Of a stretch of 64,000 nucleotides of DNA, positions 10,101-18,000 are shown in pieces. The notes under the pieces are model-generated. The model was not told the DNA's origin and ran no database searches. It worked only from the letters and a program-made list of their open reading frames with translations. The stretch's first letter is position 1. The number at the start of each line of letters is the position of its first letter. The stretch is from a virus (Duplodnaviria > Caudoviricetes): the IMG/VR virus record IMGVR_UViG_3300042474_001076, positions 24,142 to 88,141 of that record. One strand, 5' to 3'. Position numbers and translations under genes: made by a program.

Positions 10101-10501
10101 AAGGAAGAATTAATCCAATTGCAACCTTCTCTGATGTAGGAACCGTAATTTGGGGTAATAAAACTTTACAAGTAAGAGAGTCAGCTCTTGATAGAATTAA
10201 CGTGAGAAGATTGTTATTACAAGCTCGTAAATTAATCTCAGCAGTATCTGTAAGATTATTGTTTGATCAAAATGACGAACAAGTTAGACAAGACTTTTTA
10301 AACTCCGTAAATCCAATATTAGATGCTATTAGAAGAGATAGAGGTTTATATGATTTCCGAGTTACAGTTTCTTCTGACACAGCAGACTTAGATAGAAATC
10401 AAATGACAGGTAAAATTTATATTAAACCAACAAGATCCTTAGAATTTATAGATATTACATTCTATATAACACCAACTGGAGCATCATTTGAAGATATTTA
10501 A
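7190..10501 (+). CDS. Contractile tail sheath protein (T4 gp18-like) with Cys/Thr-rich insertion
   Basis: N-terminal SPGVYTSEVDLS; C-terminal YYPW, PWFAAAG..RG, LYQGRINPI, WGNKTLQ, DRINVRRLL, IYIKPTRSLEFI. Confidence 0.95.
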   Translation: MANSKVFVSPGVYTSEVDLSFVAQSVGVTTLGIAGETLKGPAFEPIFVRNYDEFQNYFGGTSPEKFINTQIPKYEAAYIAKSYLQQSNQLFVTRILGLSGYDAGPSWSILTEANVNCSTIDVNCFSSVTVNCEQQCVIPLELPYSVDFTGCTDSTSSIEYMTHFPQEILDLLDVSYETPQGGTSTLDSNIKELIFNVITNSNPLIAEDQYISYFGSVDDNDYNALTVNGSYTATTNVYGVPSIPFSGNNLCDGANTSWYYSLFDNVGGGSYTGFSFWSIVTGVTNITPITTTTTAPTTTSTTTDPCVIPVPTTTTTTTSPIPVECFSGSVMGVIYYYTGTSYTEYDDMVVATFRSRGISTYSNGNNPIYEVSNLADVVLDMTGQYSGVLQNPYLPFGVNVTNKDGVNFNFETSFATSDSQYITKVFGTDNFGKPRTVVPLFVEERFQALLNYGWRKGFIRGLNPTLVDLNSAQSNASDSIGWYLDKYQTPSSPWVVSELRGTKVYNLFKFYTISDGDSANYEIKISIGNISFSNQTFDVFIRDYYDTDSNPVVIEKFTNCSMDPSQNNFIAKKTGSLDGEYQLNSKYVMVEMNEDAPVDALPCGFDGFNFRTYGTATSPFPVYKTKYDFPGEVIFNPPFGTPIQSGGDNVRRTYLGISNNNSWDGNYFEYIGKRNTISTCDIESVDWNYKSKGFHMDKDASGITISDAFTTSGTSKFNVGSANFSSEPNNPTSPYYRIYSRKFTLLVQGGYDGWDIYREHRTNSDRYVLGRTGYLNGACPDNRYPNAVGWGAFKQIAVGDGTQDFANTDYYAYLLGIQTFSNPEAVNINVFVSPGIDYVNNSDLVESTIDMIENERADSLYITTTPDYNMFLPTTTGNDGIIYPQEAVDNLETTGIDSNYTATYYPWVLTRDSVNNTQIYIPATAEVTRNLALTDNIAFPWFAAAGYTRGIVNSIKARKKLTQEDRDTLYQGRINPIATFSDVGTVIWGNKTLQVRESALDRINVRRLLLQARKLISAVSVRLLFDQNDEQVRQDFLNSVNPILDAIRRDRGLYDFRVTVSSDTADLDRNQMTGKIYIKPTRSLEFIDITFYITPTGASFEDI
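8057..8143 (+). repeat. Poly-Thr (ACA-rich) tracts inside the sheath gene
   Basis: Encodes TTTTTAPTTTSTTTDPCVIPVPTTTTTTT; (ACA)7 at 8123-8143. Confidence 0.9.
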
Positions 10502-10521
10502 TTATTAAAATGTAAAAAAAT

Positions 10522-10552
10522 AAAAAAAAGGAGGCTAGTTCTCCTTTTTTTT
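10522..10552 (+). terminator. Rho-independent terminator after the sheath gene
   Basis: AAAAAAAAGGAG-GCTAGTT-CTCCTTTTTTTT hairpin with flanking A and T runs. Confidence 0.8.
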
Positions 10553-10554
10553 AT

Positions 10555-10562
10555 TACCTTTG
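10555..10562 (+). promoter_or_regulatory. Bacteroidota-type -7 promoter element TACCTTTG
   Basis: Matches the TAnnTTTG consensus; 26 nt upstream of ATG 10589 and immediately after the terminator. Confidence 0.5.
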
Positions 10563-10588
10563 TGTTTATAAATATAAAAATAAACACA

Positions 10589-11389
10589 ATGAAAATTAAA
10601 CCTATTGATTTAATTCCGGCAGTAAAATATTATTCATTTGATTGGGATGATAATTTAATGTATATGCCAACAAAAATTTATCTTTTGAATGATAAAGGTA
10701 ATAAAGTAGGTATGACCACAAAAGATTTTGCAGAATTTAGAGATATGGTCGGTAAAAAATTATTTAAATATAATGGACATACCATTGTTGGACCAGCAAA
10801 AGATGCTTATATCGAGTTCGGTGTTACTTATGACGATCAATTTTTAATTGATGTTATGGTCTCACCAACAGGACCAGTATGGGATGATTTTGTTGAAGCA
10901 ATTAATAATGGATCCATTTTTTCTATAATTACTGCAAGAGGTCACACACCATCAGCAATTAAACAAGGTATATATAAACTAATTAAATCAAACAAAAATG
11001 GTATTGATTCAAATAAGTTGGTTAAAAATTTATTAAAATATAAAGATTTGGCGGATGAGGATATCTTAACTAAAGATAAACTTATAAAATCATATTTAGA
11101 TTTGTGTCGTTTTCACGCAGTTTCTTTTGGTATGAGTTCTGAAACAAATCCAGAGCCAGGAAAAATTAAAGCTATGGAAGAATTTATTAAATATGTTAAA
11201 GAAATTTCTATTCAGTTACAGAAAAAGGCTTTAATAAAAAATAAAATAAATAATTATATTAAGCCATTTATTGGTTTTTCAGATGATGATGTAAAAAATG
11301 TATCTAGTATGAAAGATTATTTTAAAGATAAAGAAGATAATATACTACAAACTTACTTAACATCAAGAGGAATAAAAACAAAATATTAA
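10589..11389 (+). CDS. HAD-superfamily phosphatase-like protein
   Basis: Motif I FDWDDNL, motif II IITARG, motif III K, motif IV FSDDD..N. ATG 10589 preferred over the track's GTG start at 10562. Confidence 0.75.
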   Translation: MKIKPIDLIPAVKYYSFDWDDNLMYMPTKIYLLNDKGNKVGMTTKDFAEFRDMVGKKLFKYNGHTIVGPAKDAYIEFGVTYDDQFLIDVMVSPTGPVWDDFVEAINNGSIFSIITARGHTPSAIKQGIYKLIKSNKNGIDSNKLVKNLLKYKDLADEDILTKDKLIKSYLDLCRFHAVSFGMSSETNPEPGKIKAMEEFIKYVKEISIQLQKKALIKNKINNYIKPFIGFSDDDVKNVSSMKDYFKDKEDNILQTYLTSRGIKTKY

Positions 11390-11503
11390 TAATAAATGCT
11401 AGTACTAGTATATTTTATTTAAAAAAAAATAAAAGTAAATAGAAAAATTTTATTTATCGTATATTTATAATGAAAATAAACATAAAATTAAAAATTAAAA
11501 ATT

Positions 11504-11992
11504 ATGGCTGATTTGTTAATGAAAATGCCAGTTCCGTACGAACCCAAAAGGCAGAACAGGTTTATTATAAGGTTTCCTTCAGATTTGGGTATCAACGAGT
11601 GGTTTGTGGAAAGTGCTTCAAGGCCATCAATAAAAATCGGTTCAACCGAAATACAATTCTTAAATACATCAACATTTGTTGCTGGTAGATTTAATTGGGA
11701 TCCAATCACAGTTAAATTCCGTGACCCAATTGGACCATCTGCAGCACAAGCTTTAATGGAATGGGTTCGTTTATGTGCTGAGTCCGTTACAGGTCGTATG
11801 GGTTATGCTGCAGGATACAAAAAAAATGTTGATCTTGAAATGTTAGATCCAACAGGAGTTGTTGTAGAAAAATGGATATTAGAAGGCACATTTTTAACTG
11901 ATGTTAATTTTGGAACATTATCATATTCTCAAGATGCTTTGGCGGACATTAGTGGAACACTTCGTATGGACCGTTGTATATTAGTTTATTAA
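11504..11992 (+). CDS. Tail tube protein (T4 gp19-like)
   Basis: EPKRQNRF, W.PITV.FRDPI, YKKNVDLEMLDPTG.VVEKW.L.G.F; 162 aa, downstream of the sheath gene. Confidence 0.9.
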   Translation: MADLLMKMPVPYEPKRQNRFIIRFPSDLGINEWFVESASRPSIKIGSTEIQFLNTSTFVAGRFNWDPITVKFRDPIGPSAAQALMEWVRLCAESVTGRMGYAAGYKKNVDLEMLDPTGVVVEKWILEGTFLTDVNFGTLSYSQDALADISGTLRMDRCILVY

Positions 11993-12040
11993 TTTCTTTT
12001 AAATAAAACTAAAATATATCTATTCATAGATACGATATTT

Positions 12041-12077
12041 AATTCCCATATATTAATATGTATGGGAATTTTTTTTT
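12041..12077 (+). terminator. Rho-independent terminator after the tube gene
   Basis: AATTCCCATATAT-TAAT-ATGTATGGGAATT stem followed by a T-run. Confidence 0.8.
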
Positions 12078-12179
12078 ATTAAAATAACAAAATATATTAA
12101 TTATTAAGATTTTAACTAAAAAAAAGAAATATATTTACAAAAAATATAAGTAAAGTATCTTTATAATAAAAAAACAATT

Positions 12180-12944
12180 ATGGAAAACGATTCAAAACAG
12201 TATGGTCAAATGGATTTTAATTTACCTCACGATGTTGTGTCTTTACCTTCGGGTGGTAAATATTATAAATCTAAAAAGAAAAGTGTTAAAATTGGTTATT
12301 TAACTGCTGCCGACGAAAACACTCTTTTAAGTATGAACCCAAATAAAACAATTAAGGAATCAATTGTATTACCGTTATTAAGAAATAAATTATACGAAAC
12401 GGATATTAGACCTGAAGATCTTTTAGATGCGGACATTGAGGCATTATTAATATTTTTAAGAAATACATCTTTTGGTCCTGAATATGTTATAAGTGTTACT
12501 GATCCACAAACAAATAATGAATTTAATGCAACAATATTACTTGATGAATTAAATATTAAAAAAATTAATATTGAACCTGATGATGATGGGTATTTAAAAA
12601 CAACATTACCAAGAACAAAATCTAATGTTAAGTTAAAATTTTTAACTATGAGAGATTCTGTTGATATTGAAAAAACTTTAAGTGGATATCCATCAGGAAT
12701 AATACCACCTATTGCAACTCTTAGATTAAGTAATATGATTGTTGATATTGATGGTAATACTAATAAGGGAGATATTGTTAAGTTTATTGATAATATGCCA
12801 ATAATGGATTCAAAACATATTAAAAACTTTATGTTAGAAAACGAACCAAGATTAGATTTAATAAAAGAAGTTATCGCCCCGTCAGGAGAAAGAGTAATGG
12901 TGAACATTGCTTTTGGGGTGGAATTTTTTCGGCCTTTCTTCTGA
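12180..12944 (+). CDS. Baseplate hub/tail assembly chaperone (T4 gp26-like)
   Basis: LPSGGKYY...YLTAADENTL...LL..D..ALLIFLR..SFGPEY pattern; ends EFFRPFF; lies between the tube and tape measure genes. Confidence 0.7.
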   Translation: MENDSKQYGQMDFNLPHDVVSLPSGGKYYKSKKKSVKIGYLTAADENTLLSMNPNKTIKESIVLPLLRNKLYETDIRPEDLLDADIEALLIFLRNTSFGPEYVISVTDPQTNNEFNATILLDELNIKKINIEPDDDGYLKTTLPRTKSNVKLKFLTMRDSVDIEKTLSGYPSGIIPPIATLRLSNMIVDIDGNTNKGDIVKFIDNMPIMDSKHIKNFMLENEPRLDLIKEVIAPSGERVMVNIAFGVEFFRPFF

Positions 12945-13086
12945 TTACTCAAAATTTATATTAGACGAATTTTATTTATTGGCAAAGATGTTAAGAACAT
13001 CTTATTCCGAGTATTTAAAAATGCCAACATATGTGAGAAGATATCTTATTGATAAAATTATTGAGGAGCACAAAAAAAATAAATAA
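12931..13086 (+). CDS. Unannotated +1-frame extension of the chaperone (gp51/GT-like C-terminal segment)
   Basis: Hand translation: GLSSDYSKFILDEFYLLAKMLRTSYSEYLKMPTYVRRYLIDKIIEEHKKNK*. The 'MP..RR..I' motif is typical of chaperone C-terminal extensions. Overlaps the chaperone stop, with no ATG at the head of the frame. Confidence 0.65.
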   Translation, partial: GLSSDYSKFILDEFYLLAKMLRTSYSEYLKMPTYVRRYLIDKIIEEHKKNK

Positions 13087-13117
13087 TCTATATTTATTAT
13101 AAAAATAGTTTTATTAT

Positions 13118-14989
13118 ATGGGACCGCCAAAAGGAAAAGTTGAGATAAAAGATCCAGATGTTGTTGTTGATACTAAATTATCAGATGATTTATTAAATAT
13201 AAAAACTATATTGGATGCGACTTTAGAAACTGTTCAAAGTCCTACAACTTTATTTTCCAATTTAGCTGTAATAACTAAAGAGGTTTTAGGAACTATAGGT
13301 CCTTTGGGATGGTTAGAAGCATTACAAAATTTAGATACAGAAGCAACTAAATTAGTTAGAACTTTTGGAATCAGTAAAGATAGAGCTGGAGAATTAACCC
13401 AAACCATTGCCGATGCAATACCCCAATTTGTTGGTATTGGTCTTGATGTTGGTGATGTTGCGGAAACTTTAAAAGGTTTGGGAGAAACCATGAAGGTTAA
13501 TATTATGTTAAACGCTGAGTCTTTAACTAGTTTTGCGGCAACCGCAGAAGTAACTAAAGTAAAACAAAGCGAATTAGCTGAAAAATTTAGGGATGTCGGT
13601 GTTAGTATTGCAAGTATTGAACCTAAAATGTTGGATGTTGTTAAAATTGCAAGACAAGCAGGAGTAACAGTTCAAGCTGTTTCTGCCGGTGTTGTTACTA
13701 ATTTAGATAAAATGAACCTTTATAATTTTGAGGGTGGGATTAAAGGATTAGCAAAAATGGCAGCACAAGCTTCAAGATTGGGGGTTGAGATGTCAGCAAT
13801 ATTTACTGTTGTAGATAAAGTATTTAATCCTGAAGGGGCAATTGAATTTGCTGCATCACTACAAAGATTAGGTGTAACATCAAGTCAATTACTTGATCCA
13901 TTAAGATTGATGGATTTAGCTCAAAATGACCCAACAGAACTTCAAAACCAAATTGTAAACATGACAAAAGAGTTTACAAGATTCAATAAGGAGAATAATC
14001 AAATAGAAATATTACCTGGAGCTAAAAGACGTATTGACGAAATTGGTAAGGCGATGGGATTACCTGCCGGCGAATTACAAAAAATGGCAGTAAATGCGGG
14101 GATGTTTGAAATGAAATTAAAACAAATTAAATTCCCAACCGATATTGCAACCAAAGGAGATAGAGAACTTATTGCAACAATGGCACAAATTGGTAAGGAT
14201 GGTATTGCCAGAGTAAGGATAGAAGAAACACGTATAGGTAAAGATGGTAAAGAAGAAGGAACGGGAGAATATATAGATAAATTAGTTAGTGAATTAAATA
14301 CTGATGATGTTACAAAATTGGCACAACAACAAAAAAGTAATGACGCATCAATGGAAGAAATTGCGAAAGATCAATTAACTTATTTGAAACGAATATCTGC
14401 AAATATAAACGAAGTTGTTGCGGCAGCTAAATATGGTCCCGCAAGTTCTAAAACAATGCAAGATTTATACTCAGGAGCGTTAGGAGGATTTGAAAGATTA
14501 CTAAATAATAATATACCAGAGGATGCAAGGGAATCCAAAAATTATAGAACATTTACTGATATAGCCGCACCATATGTGAAGGATCTAGTGAAAGAATTTT
14601 TAGATTCAGATACATTAAAAGAGTTGGGGGCAGAAATTAAAACAAAAATTAATGATGGTTTTTCATTTGTAAAAGATTTTGTGATTAGTTCAAGCTTTGG
14701 TATGGGAGGAAATGATACTCCTTTAATTCAATCATTAAATAACCCAAACTTGAATATTTCTTATGAACCAATGACAATAACAACTGATAATAAATTCGCC
14801 GTTGATTTTAATGTTATTGCTGATGATAAAATTAGTGGTCAGGCAATTCAAGATATTAATACTGCTATATCTAATTATTTTAATGGTCCTGATGGAACAA
14901 AAAATATGCAAGCTTTACTTAGTAGAATTGATAATATTAGAGCATCAAATGGTCAAAAACCAATTTTTAAATCCAAAAAAACCGACTAA
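13118..14989 (+). CDS. Tape measure protein (probable)
   Basis: Ala/Leu/Lys-rich helical protein immediately after the chaperone pair and before the baseplate genes. Confidence 0.7.
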   Translation: MGPPKGKVEIKDPDVVVDTKLSDDLLNIKTILDATLETVQSPTTLFSNLAVITKEVLGTIGPLGWLEALQNLDTEATKLVRTFGISKDRAGELTQTIADAIPQFVGIGLDVGDVAETLKGLGETMKVNIMLNAESLTSFAATAEVTKVKQSELAEKFRDVGVSIASIEPKMLDVVKIARQAGVTVQAVSAGVVTNLDKMNLYNFEGGIKGLAKMAAQASRLGVEMSAIFTVVDKVFNPEGAIEFAASLQRLGVTSSQLLDPLRLMDLAQNDPTELQNQIVNMTKEFTRFNKENNQIEILPGAKRRIDEIGKAMGLPAGELQKMAVNAGMFEMKLKQIKFPTDIATKGDRELIATMAQIGKDGIARVRIEETRIGKDGKEEGTGEYIDKLVSELNTDDVTKLAQQQKSNDASMEEIAKDQLTYLKRISANINEVVAAAKYGPASSKTMQDLYSGALGGFERLLNNNIPEDARESKNYRTFTDIAAPYVKDLVKEFLDSDTLKELGAEIKTKINDGFSFVKDFVISSSFGMGGNDTPLIQSLNNPNLNISYEPMTITTDNKFAVDFNVIADDKISGQAIQDINTAISNYFNGPDGTKNMQALLSRIDNIRASNGQKPIFKSKKTD

Positions 14990-15015
14990 AGGTATTTATA
15001 AATAAAGAAAAAAAA

Positions 15016-18000
15016 ATGCCAGAAAGTGTTTTATCATTTACATCATCATCATCTTTTAGAGATTTATTAATATCTAGAAATTTACCACCATATCAGGTAG
15101 AAGGGTCGTTTAACCCCCCATCTGGTAATGTGGTTTATGAGATTAGTCCTTTAAATGATAGTAATGTTATTGATTCACCCAATAATTTAATTTCAACAAA
15201 CCAATTAGCAAATAATTTATATCCATTAAATGAATGGGGTCCTGATGGAGGATTTATAGGTAAATATAGTGTTCCGGGAGCACCATTACCTGTTGGAAGT
15301 AATAATGGTCCTTATGATCCAACAGATTCATCCTTAGATTTAATTAATGAATTTTATATTGATGCGGCATATATTAAAAATATTTTTGGACCTGAAGGGG
15401 GATATAAAGATTTAATTATTATAACCGACCTACAATTATCTTCACAGTATTATTTACCGTATTATAATGGAGTCCCAAGTACTTTTATCCCATCAAGTTA
15501 TACCCCATACTCAATATTAATATCGAATGATCCAAGTGGGGATATGGGATTGTTATCTCAAGATTCTTATATTGCTAAAACAGGAGCGGGATATTTAAAA
15601 GGATATTTTCAAGAAAGAATTGCTCAAGAATTTTATCAAATGACTCTTGGTAGTATTAACTTAAGTACTTTACAAGATCCTTTTAGTGCCACTATGTTGG
15701 CAACTGGACAACAACCATTCTTTACTAAGAATTGGAAAATAACAGTACCTGAAAATCCATTGTTAGCTGCTGTAAGTTTTTTGAATCGATTAACAGGAAC
15801 TTATTTTCCTGTATCATTTATTCCTGGAGATTACTTTGATGATCCTGATCCAATATATTCACCACAAACCCAAAACGCATTAAACGTTGTAAACAATTTA
15901 ACAGGTGGTGCATTAGGTTCTGTTTTAAATAATTTTAGGAGTCCTTCTGAAATATTTTTAGCAAACACTGGTAATGGTCAACAATCTGTTTTATTTAAAA
16001 GTTTAGAATATAATTTATATCGACCAAATTATGATAAACCACCATTACAACAATTTACAAGTGTTATATCTAATTTATTTGGAGCAGGACCTAATGGTGG
16101 GGGTGGTTATTATGTTGGTAGTGAAGATGTTGAACCGTCACTTATAACTCATCCCGCAAATCAAGTTGCTGTTAATTATCTTGGAAAACAACAATCAACA
16201 TTGGTGTACGGACCTTCTGAATTAGGTAAACTTTATGAGGGTAACGAAGGTAAAATTAATTTTGGTTTACAGGCGGAATCATATTCTAATCAAGGGGGTA
16301 TAAATGGAAATTTTGTATGGACATCACCAAAATATAAAGAAAATGCTGGATGGAAAGTTGGGGTTGGTGGAGAAAATAAAATTATTGACGAAGAGTTTAA
16401 CCAAATTCAAAATTCATATAATCAAAATTTATCCACGGAGATTGAATTTAGGGGAGGATCAATATTAGATAATACTCAAAGAATAATAAACGCCGCAGAC
16501 AATGTTGGTGGACAGGCTAGATTAAAACACGCAGGTAATGCTATAAATCAAGTTTCCAAAGTATTCAATGATGGATATAAAGAAATGACAAAAGGTTCTC
16601 AAGTTATTGCTTACTACGATAGTTCGACGGGAGATAGTACTATTGGTGTTGATGGAACTGAGATAGGTAGAGAATATTGTCGAGTATTCCAAAAAGATAC
16701 ACCATATTTAACATATGCTGATTTACAAAAAACTGATGGTATTACAGAGTCAGGTCGTAAATTCAATAATTCTGTTCTTGATAATACATTTAATTTAAAT
16801 ATTGCACCATTAAGAAATCCTGGATCAACTAATATTATTGATAGTAAGGTAAAAAAATATATGTTTTCATTGGAAAATTTAGCTTGGAGAACTTCAGATC
16901 AACCGGGATATACTTATGATGATTTACCAACCTGTGAAAAAGGTCCAAATGGTGGTAGAATAATGTGGTTTCCCCCATACGACATAACATTTAGTGAAGA
17001 TTCTAGTGCTAATTGGAACCCAACTAAATTTTTAGGTAGACCGGAACCAATATACACTTATTCAAACACAAGTAGAAGTGGAAGTATAAACTGGAAAATA
17101 GTTGTCGATACTCCAGCAGCAATGAATACTATTATTGAAAAACAATTATCAAATAAATCCTCAAAAGAAGTTGATTCTATTATTAATTCATTTTTTGCGG
17201 GATGTGTTAAGTACGATTTATATGATTTGGCAATTAAATTTAATACCATACCAACTAGTGATTTATATACTTATCAACAATTATTAAATGAACCAAGATT
17301 AACTGAAGAAGAATTAGGAGAAATTTATAAAAATGTTAGTGTAGATAAATCAACTAATTTATCTGACTCAGATGGGGGTGCTGACGTAATAATAACAGAT
17401 GGTAAAGTTGGTGAAGATGGTACCAATAGTACTTCTGGATCAAAATCTTCAGATGTGGAAGTAAAGTTGGATCAAGAATCAATTAATGAGTTTATAGACT
17501 ATTCTTTCTATTTTGATAATGATTATCCTGAGGGGTATACGGTTCCTAATACTACGGTTACGGCAACTAAACCATATGATTTTTGGTACAATCAATACCT
17601 TTCAGTTCAAGGGACAAATTATGTTAGTCAACCACCCGTTGATGTTTACGTTGGGACAAAAAAATATATAAATAAAAGTGCCATACCAAAATTCTTTACC
17701 GAAGTTATTATTGGTAATTATAATAAAATTCAAACCGAATTTTTAACTAAATTAAAAGAAATAATTATTGATCAAAACGGAAAAGTTAAAATTGAGTTAC
17801 AAGGATCTGCATCTGCTCCGGCAAAAATAGAATATAATAGAAGTTTATCTAAACGAAGAATTGATTCTGTATTACAATGGTTTAGATCTAAAACAATTGG
17901 AGACATAACAGTACCTGTTTTGGAAAGCCAAGGGAGATTAACTTTTATTGAAAACTCCAATGGTGAGGAAATCACAGTATTAGTGGGTAAAAACGGACCA

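Noticed and set aside
11399-11408. Palindrome CTAGTACTAG upstream of the tube gene
   Set aside because: Single 10-bp palindrome with no second copy noticed; compatible with chance.
12296-12952. 218-aa minus-strand ORF, and similar antisense ORFs inside large genes (e.g. 17772..18248, 36539..36847, 61986..62285)
   Set aside because: Fully overlap well-supported genes on the opposite strand, with no motifs or promoter cues; the GVGVG peptides mirror PT repeats.
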